Assembly: GCA_965140415.1 (NCBI GenBank)
Contig: OZ223209.1
Coordinates: 2,112,001 to 2,176,000 of the forward strand
Reading direction: 5' to 3'
DNA length: 64,000 bases
Origin: Myxococcota bacterium
Lineage (GTDB): Bacteria > Myxococcota_A > SURF-8
The notes beneath the pieces are model-generated. The model was not told where the DNA came from and made no database searches. It was given only the letters and a program-made list of their open reading frames with translations. This document shows positions 40,080-48,365 of the stretch, piece by piece (the first letter of the stretch is position 1; every line of letters begins with the position of its first letter). A program made the position numbers and the translations under genes.

Positions 40080-40970
40080 ATGAAAGCGTTTCTGATCCTG
40101 TGTTCCCTGTGGATTATGCTGTTTGCATCTGGTTGTCCGTCCTCCGATTCCGATCCTGTAAATGGTGATCAGGATATTTCTTCAACGGAAATGGATCGCG
40201 AGCAGGAACTCCAGCCGGGCGATAACGATACGGATCAACTCCCGGTCGATGGCGATTTGGACGTGGATGAACGTGATCAAGCTGATGAAGATCTCGATCT
40301 CATAGCCGATGGCGATCTGACCGAAACGGAGCAAGTGGAATTGGATGCGGATGTGTCTGTTGATGGTGATAAGATCGAATACGACCTCGATACGTCGGAA
40401 ATAGACTCCTCCGACTCGCTGGAACCTGATAGTGAGGGAGATGGAGACGGAGACGGAGACGGGGACACGGAGAGCATTGCCGATGGGGATTCAGAAGAAG
40501 TGGAAGACGATTCAGATCTTATGGAAACCGATTCGGAGGAGGAACTAGGGTGTATCCGCGGTGAAGAATGGTGTAGCTGTTTACCGAATGATGAATGTTT
40601 GGACGAGGAAAACATATGTAGGGATGGAATTTGTGAATACTGTGCTCCTGGTCATCATTATTGCCCTTGTCGTAGCGAATGGTGTCTTTATGACCGAATT
40701 TGCTACGAAGGTATTTGCTTAGATGAGAGCGAAATCGATGGCGATGAAGAAATCGTTTGTCCTGGAGGCATGAATTGTCCCTGCTATCCGGATGAGACCT
40801 GTCAGGAAGGGTTGGAGTGTCGATTGGGCACAATATGTCTGGAGGAGTGCTGGCCTGATCATCTTGGAACCTATGGCTGCATGTGTGCAGGAAATTTCTG
40901 TTACGATGTCGAAACTACCTGTGTAAACGACATCTGTATTCCCAAAGCCTGGGTGGATGGGGATCAATAA
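40080..40970 (+). CDS. Lipoprotein with DGD-rich acidic stalk and four Cys-rich modules
   Basis: MKAFLI..ASGC lipobox; repeated DGD; four 5-6 Cys repeats. Confidence 0.8.
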   Translation: MKAFLILCSLWIMLFASGCPSSDSDPVNGDQDISSTEMDREQELQPGDNDTDQLPVDGDLDVDERDQADEDLDLIADGDLTETEQVELDADVSVDGDKIEYDLDTSEIDSSDSLEPDSEGDGDGDGDGDTESIADGDSEEVEDDSDLMETDSEEELGCIRGEEWCSCLPNDECLDEENICRDGICEYCAPGHHYCPCRSEWCLYDRICYEGICLDESEIDGDEEIVCPGGMNCPCYPDETCQEGLECRLGTICLEECWPDHLGTYGCMCAGNFCYDVETTCVNDICIPKAWVDGDQ

Positions 40971-42380
40971 ATGCCGGTGGACGAAACACACATGCAGGAG
41001 GAAAGCGCTTCTCTCCCTTCACCTAAACGCGGTTACTGGGCAGGATGGAAAACAATAAAGGAAACAAACCGCTCTCTCTGGTTGTTTATTCTATTGTTGT
41101 CTGTAAATGAGATCGCCGTTCAATCTATCAAGCAACTTTATCTAATACCGGAATTGAAGGGATTTAACTTATCTAGTCAGAGTTTACTTTCAGGAAATAT
41201 TCTCCTTTTTTTCAATCTGATTTTTATCGTAGCATTGGGAACAATCGCAGATTGGCTGGGTATACGGCGTGCTATGATAGTTGCCGTATCTGGATTATTA
41301 CTACTTCGGTCTACTTTACTCGCTTGTTGGTTAATCAGTGACCAAGAACTTTGGATGCTTTCATTCGAAACTATCTACTACCTTTCGATCCCATTTATGG
41401 CGTTGATCGTTATTGTAGAAAAGCAGGCAATCCGGAGATATACAACGCCAAGAAGTCGTCCTCAAGTATTGCCTATACAGTATGTGATTGTAGCCGTTCT
41501 TGGTGCGGGAGGAACCGTTGCAATAATTCCTGCTATTTCTTCAGCGACCGCTATTTGTAGTGTTTCGGCTAAGCTGGTCGTTGCTATCTTGGCAAATGCA
41601 ATTGTATTGATTCTATGCTATTTCTACTTAAGGGCTGAATTGCAGCTTAAGGTGGAGAATGGTCAAAGAAATGCAATACCCACAACAATTGCAAAAAGTC
41701 CGTTTGCCGGCTGGATCGAACTTCTTAAAAATGTAGATATTCATCGCGCATTCCTACTTACACTGATCACGATTCCTCTTGGAGGATATGCTATTGCTGG
41801 CAACACACTACTGAGCCAATATAGCCAGACGGGAGAATGGTTAACCGATCAACAAACGGGCCTGATTCTGGGCATCTATGGTGTGGGTTATATTGTTGCG
41901 TTGTTGTTTGTACCTGTAATGGGAAAGATTGATATTGGACGTATGATGCGTTGGTCAGCCCTATTGATCATCATTGGTTTACTAATACTGTTTATTCCAG
42001 TAGGCAATTCATCAAGTCTAAATACGAAAATGATTGTTGGCCTTGGCATTGTTGGAAGTGCTCATTTACTTCTCAGCATCCGCCTTTTCGAATATTGCAT
42101 TTCTGCTGTTGTCCCTGGCCGAGAAGGTAGTATGGCTTCAATTGTAGGTGTTGCTTGGCTGGCCAGTCCTGTTTTTCATTCCATTTTAGAGAACAGTATT
42201 GAGAATTCACAAAATGAGGAATGGCTGCAAACACTAATGCATTCAATTGGCGGATTCGGACCACCTATTCACATACTATGGCTTTTCATTTTGATTCCTG
42301 CACTAATTAGCGCGGCAATCATTTGGATATTCAGAAGTTGGTTCTTTGATAAACCTTCATGGGTAAAAAACTCAGTATAA
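40971..42380 (+). CDS. MFS-type membrane transporter
   Basis: About 12 hydrophobic segments; motif A GTIADWLGIRR; ATG directly abuts the upstream TAA. Confidence 0.75.
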   Translation: MPVDETHMQEESASLPSPKRGYWAGWKTIKETNRSLWLFILLLSVNEIAVQSIKQLYLIPELKGFNLSSQSLLSGNILLFFNLIFIVALGTIADWLGIRRAMIVAVSGLLLLRSTLLACWLISDQELWMLSFETIYYLSIPFMALIVIVEKQAIRRYTTPRSRPQVLPIQYVIVAVLGAGGTVAIIPAISSATAICSVSAKLVVAILANAIVLILCYFYLRAELQLKVENGQRNAIPTTIAKSPFAGWIELLKNVDIHRAFLLTLITIPLGGYAIAGNTLLSQYSQTGEWLTDQQTGLILGIYGVGYIVALLFVPVMGKIDIGRMMRWSALLIIIGLLILFIPVGNSSSLNTKMIVGLGIVGSAHLLLSIRLFEYCISAVVPGREGSMASIVGVAWLASPVFHSILENSIENSQNEEWLQTLMHSIGGFGPPIHILWLFILIPALISAAIIWIFRSWFFDKPSWVKNSV

Positions 42381-42549
42381 CCCATTTTCACCTTGAATAA
42401 TCAGCGACTACCCGTTATGCCGATGGTCACTGATTATATGAAATGGCTGTTTGAAACACAGGCAAGTTAGATTCGAATGTCATTCTGGTGAAACTGCCTA
42501 TGCAGTGAGTTCTACTTTAGAAGCGAATGAGTCTTTCCTGTTTTCAGGT

Positions 42550-42636
42550 CAGGAAATTTTCGAAAATCTTAACCCATGAGGTGAAGTATTCCAAGATTGT
42601 TTTGATTCCTCAGGACGCCCTGGCTGGTTGTTTCAC
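42550..42636 (+). repeat. 87-bp non-coding direct repeat, copy B
   Basis: 68/87 identical to 33515-33601. Confidence 0.85.
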
Positions 42637-43050
42637 GGCAGATGACACCCAACCCTCAGAAGCTTGTTAACGCGGCTCAGAGGCGAAGTTTGACAGCCTG
42701 GGGGTTATTTCTGATCTGGGTGACATCTGATTAGAGGGAAACCCATAGCAATTCAGCCTGTTAAAGTTTCATCTTGACCACAGCCTACTCAGGCCGGATA
42801 ATCCTCCCATCAAACTCACGGTTCTTTGAATCATTGTCCACATACTTTTTGGTGTTGTGCCTAAATATTTTCTCTCACAAGGTTCCCATTTTCCGTGGCA
42901 GATTCGTGGCAGGTTTGCTGGAATTTAGATGATTTTAGACAAATTATTCCTATCACGAATCGACGACCAATTCTTGTAATTCTTATGTAATTACAAACAT
43001 CTAGCCGAAATTTCGGTCACATGTTAATTGTGCTAAAATATAGTCGATAA

Positions 43051-43109
43051 AGGTTCAGGGTCTAGTATTCGCAAGGATGTGGGGGTTCGAGTCCCCCCTT
43101 CGGCACCAT
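43051..43109 (+). repeat. att core, right copy (displaced tRNA-Leu 3' portion)
   Basis: Identical to 13060-13118. Confidence 0.95.
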
Positions 43110-43117
43110 ATAAAATC

Positions 43118-43150
43118 AGGCACTTACGTTAATTCGTAGGTGCCTTTTTT
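43118..43150 (+). terminator. Terminator hairpin after the att site (copy at ~44366-44398)
   Basis: AGGCACTTACG-TTAATT-CGTAGGTGCCT-TTTTT. Confidence 0.8.
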
Positions 43151-43352
43151 GTGGGTGATCTTTAGGAGCGGGGCTGAAACGGGGTTGGAAAGTGGGTCTA
43201 AGATTAAAGACATCAATCAAAGATAATACCGCCTGCTAAACAACCCCCTACTTTCTTCAGGTTAATTACTTGAATTAATTTTCATAATGGCTATTGTAGA
43301 CGCACGAAACATCAGGAATTGATACTCATCGAGTAGTTGAGGAGGAAAACCC

Positions 43353-44312
43353 ATGGCCCGTAGCTTTATGTTATTATTGATGTTTGCAGTCCTTTCTTTA
43401 AGTTTTGTTGCTGGTTGTGACAGTAGCGATGATACCGACGGAGACACCACCGACGGAGACACCATCGACGGAGACTCCATTGACGGAGACTCCATTGACG
43501 GAGACACCATCGACGGAGACTCCATTGACGGAGACTCCATTGACGGAGACACCACTGACGGAGATACCATCGACGGAGACTCCACTGACGGAGATACCAT
43601 TGACGGAGACTCCATTGACGGAGACACCACTGACGGAGACACCATCGACGGAGACACCATTGACGGAGACTCCATTGACGGAGACACCACTGACGGAGAT
43701 ACCATCGACGGAGACTCCATTGACGGAGACACCACTGACGGAGATACCATCGACGGAGACTCCATTGATGGAGACTCCATTGACGGAGACACTCCCGATG
43801 GTGATGTAGATGGAGATGCTGCCGATGGCGATGTAGATGGGGAAGACGAAAATGAAGCAGACGTTGTCGTAGCTCCTGGTGAAAACTGCACAAACCCGAT
43901 CGTAATTGACGCGATTCCATACAATAACGCATCGAATGCAATCGTGAACTTTGTCAATGATATTGATTTCGCCAACAACGGCGAATCATGCACGGGTTAC
44001 TCCAATATCGGTTGGGACAAAGTGTTTTCCTATACCGCCACTTCAAATATTAACCTGACTGTTTCAATGACTTCCTACGGCTGGGACGGTGCTTTGTATA
44101 TGCTCAATACTTGTGTAGATGGAACTCAGGCCCAAGCAAACTGCCTATACGGAAGTGACAGCCATGGTGCAGACGTTGCAGAATGGATTGATTTCTCTGC
44201 TACGTCAGGAACTACGTACTATTTCGTAGTTGACATTGCCGCAGCAGAATACGCTCCTAGCGATCAAGGTTCTTTCCGTATGCAACTTCATGAAAATGCT
44301 GGCGGCAAGTAA
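43353..44312 (+). CDS. Lipoprotein with 24 DGD[TS]x pentapeptides and C-terminal PPC-like beta domain
   Basis: GGAGG RBS; FVAGC lipobox; C-terminal GENC..P...DKVFSYT...GTTYYFVVD. Confidence 0.85.
   Translation: MARSFMLLLMFAVLSLSFVAGCDSSDDTDGDTTDGDTIDGDSIDGDSIDGDTIDGDSIDGDSIDGDTTDGDTIDGDSTDGDTIDGDSIDGDTTDGDTIDGDTIDGDSIDGDTTDGDTIDGDSIDGDTTDGDTIDGDSIDGDSIDGDTPDGDVDGDAADGDVDGEDENEADVVVAPGENCTNPIVIDAIPYNNASNAIVNFVNDIDFANNGESCTGYSNIGWDKVFSYTATSNINLTVSMTSYGWDGALYMLNTCVDGTQAQANCLYGSDSHGADVAEWIDFSATSGTTYYFVVDIAAAEYAPSDQGSFRMQLHENAGGK
43437..43796 (+). repeat. 15-bp coding tandem repeat x24 (GACGGAGAC-WCC-AYY consensus)
   Basis: Counted directly: 360 bp. Confidence 0.95.
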
Positions 44313-44694
44313 AATGTTCCTTTAAGCAGACCCGGAGCGATTCCCCTTCGGCACCATATAAAATCAGGCACTTACGTTAATTCGTAGGTGCCTGTTTTGC
44401 GTTTGGGAACATCCCTGTGGCAATCCGTGGCAGATTTTAAGGTTCAGTTGTCCCGGCCAGATTGATGGGCAATGCGATTGCCCATTCTATGATGCTATAG
44501 GCACTATTATTCAATTCTGTCCATCGAGTAATTAGGATGTGCCATGGTCTCACGGAATGGAAATTCCGGGAGGCCGTGTGTAACCTAATGAAAACACACA
44601 GCCTTCCACGATCTTCGATCGCTTAAGACTATGGCACAACTTCTTGGAATCGGTGGCGAAAAATATCTAATACCTGATGTACTGTCAGTGAAAA

Positions 44695-45483
44695 TTATTG
44701 TCCGTCGCGCATGCACCTTACATAGTAAGGTTCAGTCTTGCCATACTCTCCCATGCTGCCGTTTCTGAAGGCCACAGCCCATGCTCGGTAGTCCAGGTTA
44801 GTTCTGGACGAAGACCAGAACCAGGAGCATGTTCCACCGATTTCTTCCGGCCAGTAACAGTCATCGGAAGGCCCGCCGTTTACAACGCATCCGCTACAGT
44901 CTTCACTCCAGCAAGTATTTACAACACAAATATCGCCAGAATCGACATTGCAAGCCGAGCATTCATCTTGTACGCCACATAATCCATCGGTTTCAGTTTC
45001 TGTGCATCCTCGAATTATCGTGCGAAGTTCACTAATGTTTGGCAGCCTCCAGTCCTCATGGCCATCAAGAGACAGATCCGCACAGTGTGCCTCGGCCTCC
45101 TCCAAACCCATTTCACCACCCGTAGGAAGCCATTGCCATGTGAACCCTGTGGATGTGTCAGTCCATGTTAAAGGAACCGTGTCAGAATCCCGCTCGACAT
45201 ATTCCAGATCTCCGTCGACAACTTCAGTGGTATCACCATCAACTGTTTCGATGTCTCCGTCGACAACTTCAGTGGTATCACCATCAACTGTTTCGATGTC
45301 TCCGTCGACAACTTCAGTGGTATCACCATCAACTGTTTCGATGTCTCCGTCGACAACTTCTGTGGTATCACCATCCGTACTGGTGTCTCCATCGGTGTCG
45401 TTACTACCATCATCACAGGCAGAAATCGCTAGTATCAGAGTCAGAACAAAAATGATCATAAGGAAAAGACGCAGGGGTTTCAT
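44695..45483 (-). CDS. Lipoprotein with DGD repeats and DUF1566/Lcl-like C-terminal domain
   Basis: GGAGG RBS; ISAC lipobox; WTDTSTGFTWQ, WRLPNISEL, FWSSS, AWAVAF, YVRCMR. Confidence 0.85.
   Translation of the reverse strand: MKPLRLFLMIIFVLTLILAISACDDGSNDTDGDTSTDGDTTEVVDGDIETVDGDTTEVVDGDIETVDGDTTEVVDGDIETVDGDTTEVVDGDLEYVERDSDTVPLTWTDTSTGFTWQWLPTGGEMGLEEAEAHCADLSLDGHEDWRLPNISELRTIIRGCTETETDGLCGVQDECSACNVDSGDICVVNTCWSEDCSGCVVNGGPSDDCYWPEEIGGTCSWFWSSSRTNLDYRAWAVAFRNGSMGEYGKTEPYYVRCMRDGQ
45209..45375 (-). repeat. 45-bp coding tandem repeat (~3.7 copies; DGDTTEVVDGDIETV)
   Basis: Visible directly in DNA and protein. Confidence 0.9.
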
Positions 45484-45570
45484 GATGTCCTCCAAAGAAC
45501 AGAATGTGCATTGATCGTTCTAGTGGGGATACAACTACCACGGCGGAGGTGGTTCTCCTAGAAAGTTCTG

Positions 45571-45930
45571 TCACCCACAAAACTGAAGTGCCAACAACGC
45601 CAGTTCCCGCACAGACGGGTCGTCATGATCAACGAGCTTTTGAGCAAGATCGGTAGCCTTTGGAACGAGTGGGTGATGTAAGGGTTGCACCTGAGTTCGT
45701 GCATGAACCACAGCTTTTAGATCAGCATAGACATCGATGGTCATCTGGATGGATGAATGACCGAGGGCGGCGGATGCAAAAGCCATCCCATGATTGATTA
45801 CCCAGTGGGTGCCGCAAATATGCCTGAGATCATGCAAACCAATTACTGGTAATTCTTCTCGTTTGCAGGTTCTTTTTATAGCCTGATGGATGTTCCTTTG
45901 GAATGCTGGATAGATGAATTCAGTAGGATC
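45571..45930 (-). pseudogene. 5'-truncated integrase; close copy of the last 360 bp of the unit-1 integrase
   Basis: Colinear with 13218-13577; HDLRH, LGH and Y retained; similarity ends abruptly after ATGAATTCAGTAGGATC. Confidence 0.92.
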
Positions 45931-46024
45931 ATTGCGTATATATTTTGTCGAGCGCTACAACCAACCAGGCACAGATCGTTCTCCGAAAATCGTACAGTTT
46001 TCGAAGGTATTTAACATGTTGGAC

Positions 46025-47878
46025 TTACAAGAACTTAATAGCCATATGGTCGGCGTGTTTTTCCCTGGCGCAGTCGGGACAAAGCAGGCGGGCCAGTTCA
46101 CGCTTGCGCTCGGCATCAACGACGCGTTTGATGTATTCCATCATGCGTTTAGTAGTGAACAACTTCCCACAACTGGAGCATTGCAGCAGTTCCAGCTTGG
46201 CCAGTGTCGCACCGCACTTGACGAGTTTGCGTGTATGGCCTTCGTCGACAATCTGTATTGCTCCAGTCGGACAGACGTTGGCACAGCTTCCGCAACCGAT
46301 GCAGCGATCCTGCGGGCGCAGCATGTCGGCGATGACTACCCGGTCGCCTCCTGCATCAACGAAACGCAAAGCGTCAACTTCGACTTTACTGCGACAGATA
46401 CGGGCGCACTCACCGCAACCGATGCACAGATCGCAGCGCAGGCAGCGACGAGCTTCATCGCGTGCGCGGTCTTCGTCCCATTCGCCTTCGATCTGCTCGA
46501 AACTTAGAATCCGTTCTTCAACCGGTAACAGCGGAATGGGAGTCGGTGGGATACGGACCTTGTCTTTGGCTTCCAATTTTACGGTTTCCACCTTTAGCCG
46601 AGGAGAAATGCGAGGTGGGCGGTCAGGAAGAGGTAAACTGCGAATGAAGCGGTCGATGGAAGTTGCCGCCCGTTTGCCAGCCGCGACAGCTTCGATTACC
46701 GTCGCCGGTCCGGTAACGGCGTCGCCACCGGCAAAAACATCCGGGATAGAGGTCTGTTGGTTGTAACGATTGATCACGGGATTACCCCATTTAGTCAATT
46801 CCATGATCTCCCCGGTATCGAGCCAGTCCATATCAGGGCCTTGTCCGATGGCGACAATCACACCATTCGTTTCGATGGTGAATTCCGAACCTTGCTTCGG
46901 AACCGGGCGTTGACGGCCTGATTGATCAGCCGCTCCCAATTCCGCTTTAAGACATTCGATCCCGGTTACGTTCACTCCGTCGCCAACCACTCGTGTTGGA
47001 ATGGTCAGGTAATGGATGTGAATGCCTTCTTCTTCGGCCTGCTCGATTTCCTCTTCGAGGGCGGGCATTTCCAGCCGTGTGCGGCGATAGAGCAGGTGGA
47101 CGTCCGTGCTGCCGAGCCGGATGGATGTGCGTGCAGCGTCGAATGCGCTGTTACCGCCACCTACAACGACGACTCGCTGGCCAAGTCGTTCGCGGTGGCC
47201 AATCTGCTGGCTTTTCAGAAATTCGGTGGCACTGACGACCTGCGAGTAGTCGCTTTCGCCATCCATGCGCATAACATTCGAACGGTGGGCGCCGGTTGCG
47301 ATGAAGATGGCTTGATATCCATCTTCCCGGAGGCTTTTCAATGTCACATCTCCACCGACAGGCGTATTGAGGCGGATTTTAACTCCATAGCTTTCAATGG
47401 TCCGGATTTCTTTTCGTAACACCTCGCGCGGCAGGCGGTAAGCTGGAATGCCAACGGCCATCATCCCTCCCGCCACCGGAAGCGCCTCGAACACCGTCAC
47501 GCTGTAATCCATCTGTGCCAGATAGCAAGCAGCTGTCAGACCAGCGGGACCGGAACCGATGATGGCCACTTTTCCCGTATGGCGTACCGGTGGATGGTAG
47601 ACCACTTCGCTTTCCATTTTCTCCACAGTCGAAGCAGCGAAGCCTTTCAATGCGCGAATCGAGATCGGCGCGTCCTGATATCCCTTTACGCAGGCAGACT
47701 CGCAGGGATGCGGACACACAAGACCGCACACCCAGGGAAAGGGGTTATCTTTGCGGATCAGGTCAACGGCCTCTCGATAACGACCGTGGGCGATCAGGGC
47801 AACGTAGCTTGGAACATCGATTCCAGCCGGACAAGCGGCCTGGCAGGGTGCGGGTGTGTTCGTATCGTTCGGGTTCAT
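46025..47878 (-). CDS. GltD/SudA-like FAD/NAD(P)-dependent oxidoreductase with C-terminal 4Fe-4S dicluster
   Basis: PCQAACP, CGLVCPHPCE, IIGSGPAG, VGGGNSA, FAGGD, two CxxCxxC motifs. Confidence 0.9.
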   Translation of the reverse strand: MNPNDTNTPAPCQAACPAGIDVPSYVALIAHGRYREAVDLIRKDNPFPWVCGLVCPHPCESACVKGYQDAPISIRALKGFAASTVEKMESEVVYHPPVRHTGKVAIIGSGPAGLTAACYLAQMDYSVTVFEALPVAGGMMAVGIPAYRLPREVLRKEIRTIESYGVKIRLNTPVGGDVTLKSLREDGYQAIFIATGAHRSNVMRMDGESDYSQVVSATEFLKSQQIGHRERLGQRVVVVGGGNSAFDAARTSIRLGSTDVHLLYRRTRLEMPALEEEIEQAEEEGIHIHYLTIPTRVVGDGVNVTGIECLKAELGAADQSGRQRPVPKQGSEFTIETNGVIVAIGQGPDMDWLDTGEIMELTKWGNPVINRYNQQTSIPDVFAGGDAVTGPATVIEAVAAGKRAATSIDRFIRSLPLPDRPPRISPRLKVETVKLEAKDKVRIPPTPIPLLPVEERILSFEQIEGEWDEDRARDEARRCLRCDLCIGCGECARICRSKVEVDALRFVDAGGDRVVIADMLRPQDRCIGCGSCANVCPTGAIQIVDEGHTRKLVKCGATLAKLELLQCSSCGKLFTTKRMMEYIKRVVDAERKRELARLLCPDCAREKHADHMAIKFL

Positions 47879-47890
47879 TTCACATCCCCA

Positions 47891-48355
47891 TTATTTTGCT
47901 TTGTTTTCGCCTGGTTTTTCGAATGTCAGGCAGCCTGTGACACAGTTTGCAACGCAAGCCGGTTCAAGACCTTGGTCGATGCGATCCTTGCAGAGATCGC
48001 ACTTGACGACTTTATGCTGTTTTTCGTCATACTGAGGTATACCCCAGGGACAGGCATGCATGCACAGTTTACAACCGATACAGGCATCGGATTCAACATA
48101 GACGATGCCGTCTTCCGGTCGTTTCCGCATGGCTCCGGAGGGACAGGCTGAGACACACCAAGCCTTTTCACAGTGTAGACAGGTCATGAAAATGAAGGCG
48201 ATTTTCGGAATACCTTCGTCCCATGTGGGACCGTGCTGGAAGATGCGGCAAAGCCTCGGACCTTCGCATAACTTCTTGTTCGCCTTGCAATGTATTTCAC
48301 AGGAGTAACAGCCGATACAGCCTTCGACATCCTGGTGAATATGATACTTTTTCAT
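47891..48355 (-). CDS. 4Fe-4S dicluster electron-transfer subunit (DmsB/PsrB-like)
   Basis: CIGCYSCEIHC, CLHCEKAWCVSACP, CIGCKLCMHACP, KCDLC..PACV. Confidence 0.9.
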   Translation of the reverse strand: MKKYHIHQDVEGCIGCYSCEIHCKANKKLCEGPRLCRIFQHGPTWDEGIPKIAFIFMTCLHCEKAWCVSACPSGAMRKRPEDGIVYVESDACIGCKLCMHACPWGIPQYDEKQHKVVKCDLCKDRIDQGLEPACVANCVTGCLTFEKPGENKAK

Positions 48356-48365
48356 CTTGTATCCT

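Larger units (their letters stand above)
13060..43109. mobile_element. ~30 kb integrative element (unit 1) inserted in tRNA-Leu
   Basis: Perfect 59-bp direct repeat of the tRNA 3' part at both ends; integrase next to the tRNA; visibly lower GC than the flanking core. Confidence 0.93.
43095..44393. mobile_element. 1.25 kb mini-unit (unit 2) bounded by a 51-bp direct repeat
   Basis: CCCCTTCGGCACCATATAAAATCAGGCACTTACGTTAATTCGTAGGTGCCT at both 43095-43145 and 44343-44393. Confidence 0.75.

Noticed and set aside
43051-43109. Second tRNA-Leu gene
   Set aside because: Lacks the 5' acceptor strand and D-arm; it is the att duplication
13060-43109. Prophage or ICE
   Set aside because: No recognisable structural, lysis, terminase, relaxase or T4SS genes
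43437-43796. Regular short repeats resembling a CRISPR array
   Set aside because: Units are contiguous 15-mers with no unique spacers, in frame within a lipoprotein gene; no cas genes seen
43262-43993. Alternative-frame ORFs over the repeat (SPSM/V, WCLRQ, TETP repeats) and similar ones at 44948-45514 and 40277-40615
   Set aside because: Shadows of stop-free tandem repeats; only the DGD frames have an RBS, lipobox and folded C-terminal domain
44695-45483. Possible diversity-generating retroelement target (DUF1566-like domain)
   Set aside because: No template repeat or DGR reverse transcriptase found in the window; the only RT-related piece is a group II intron tail
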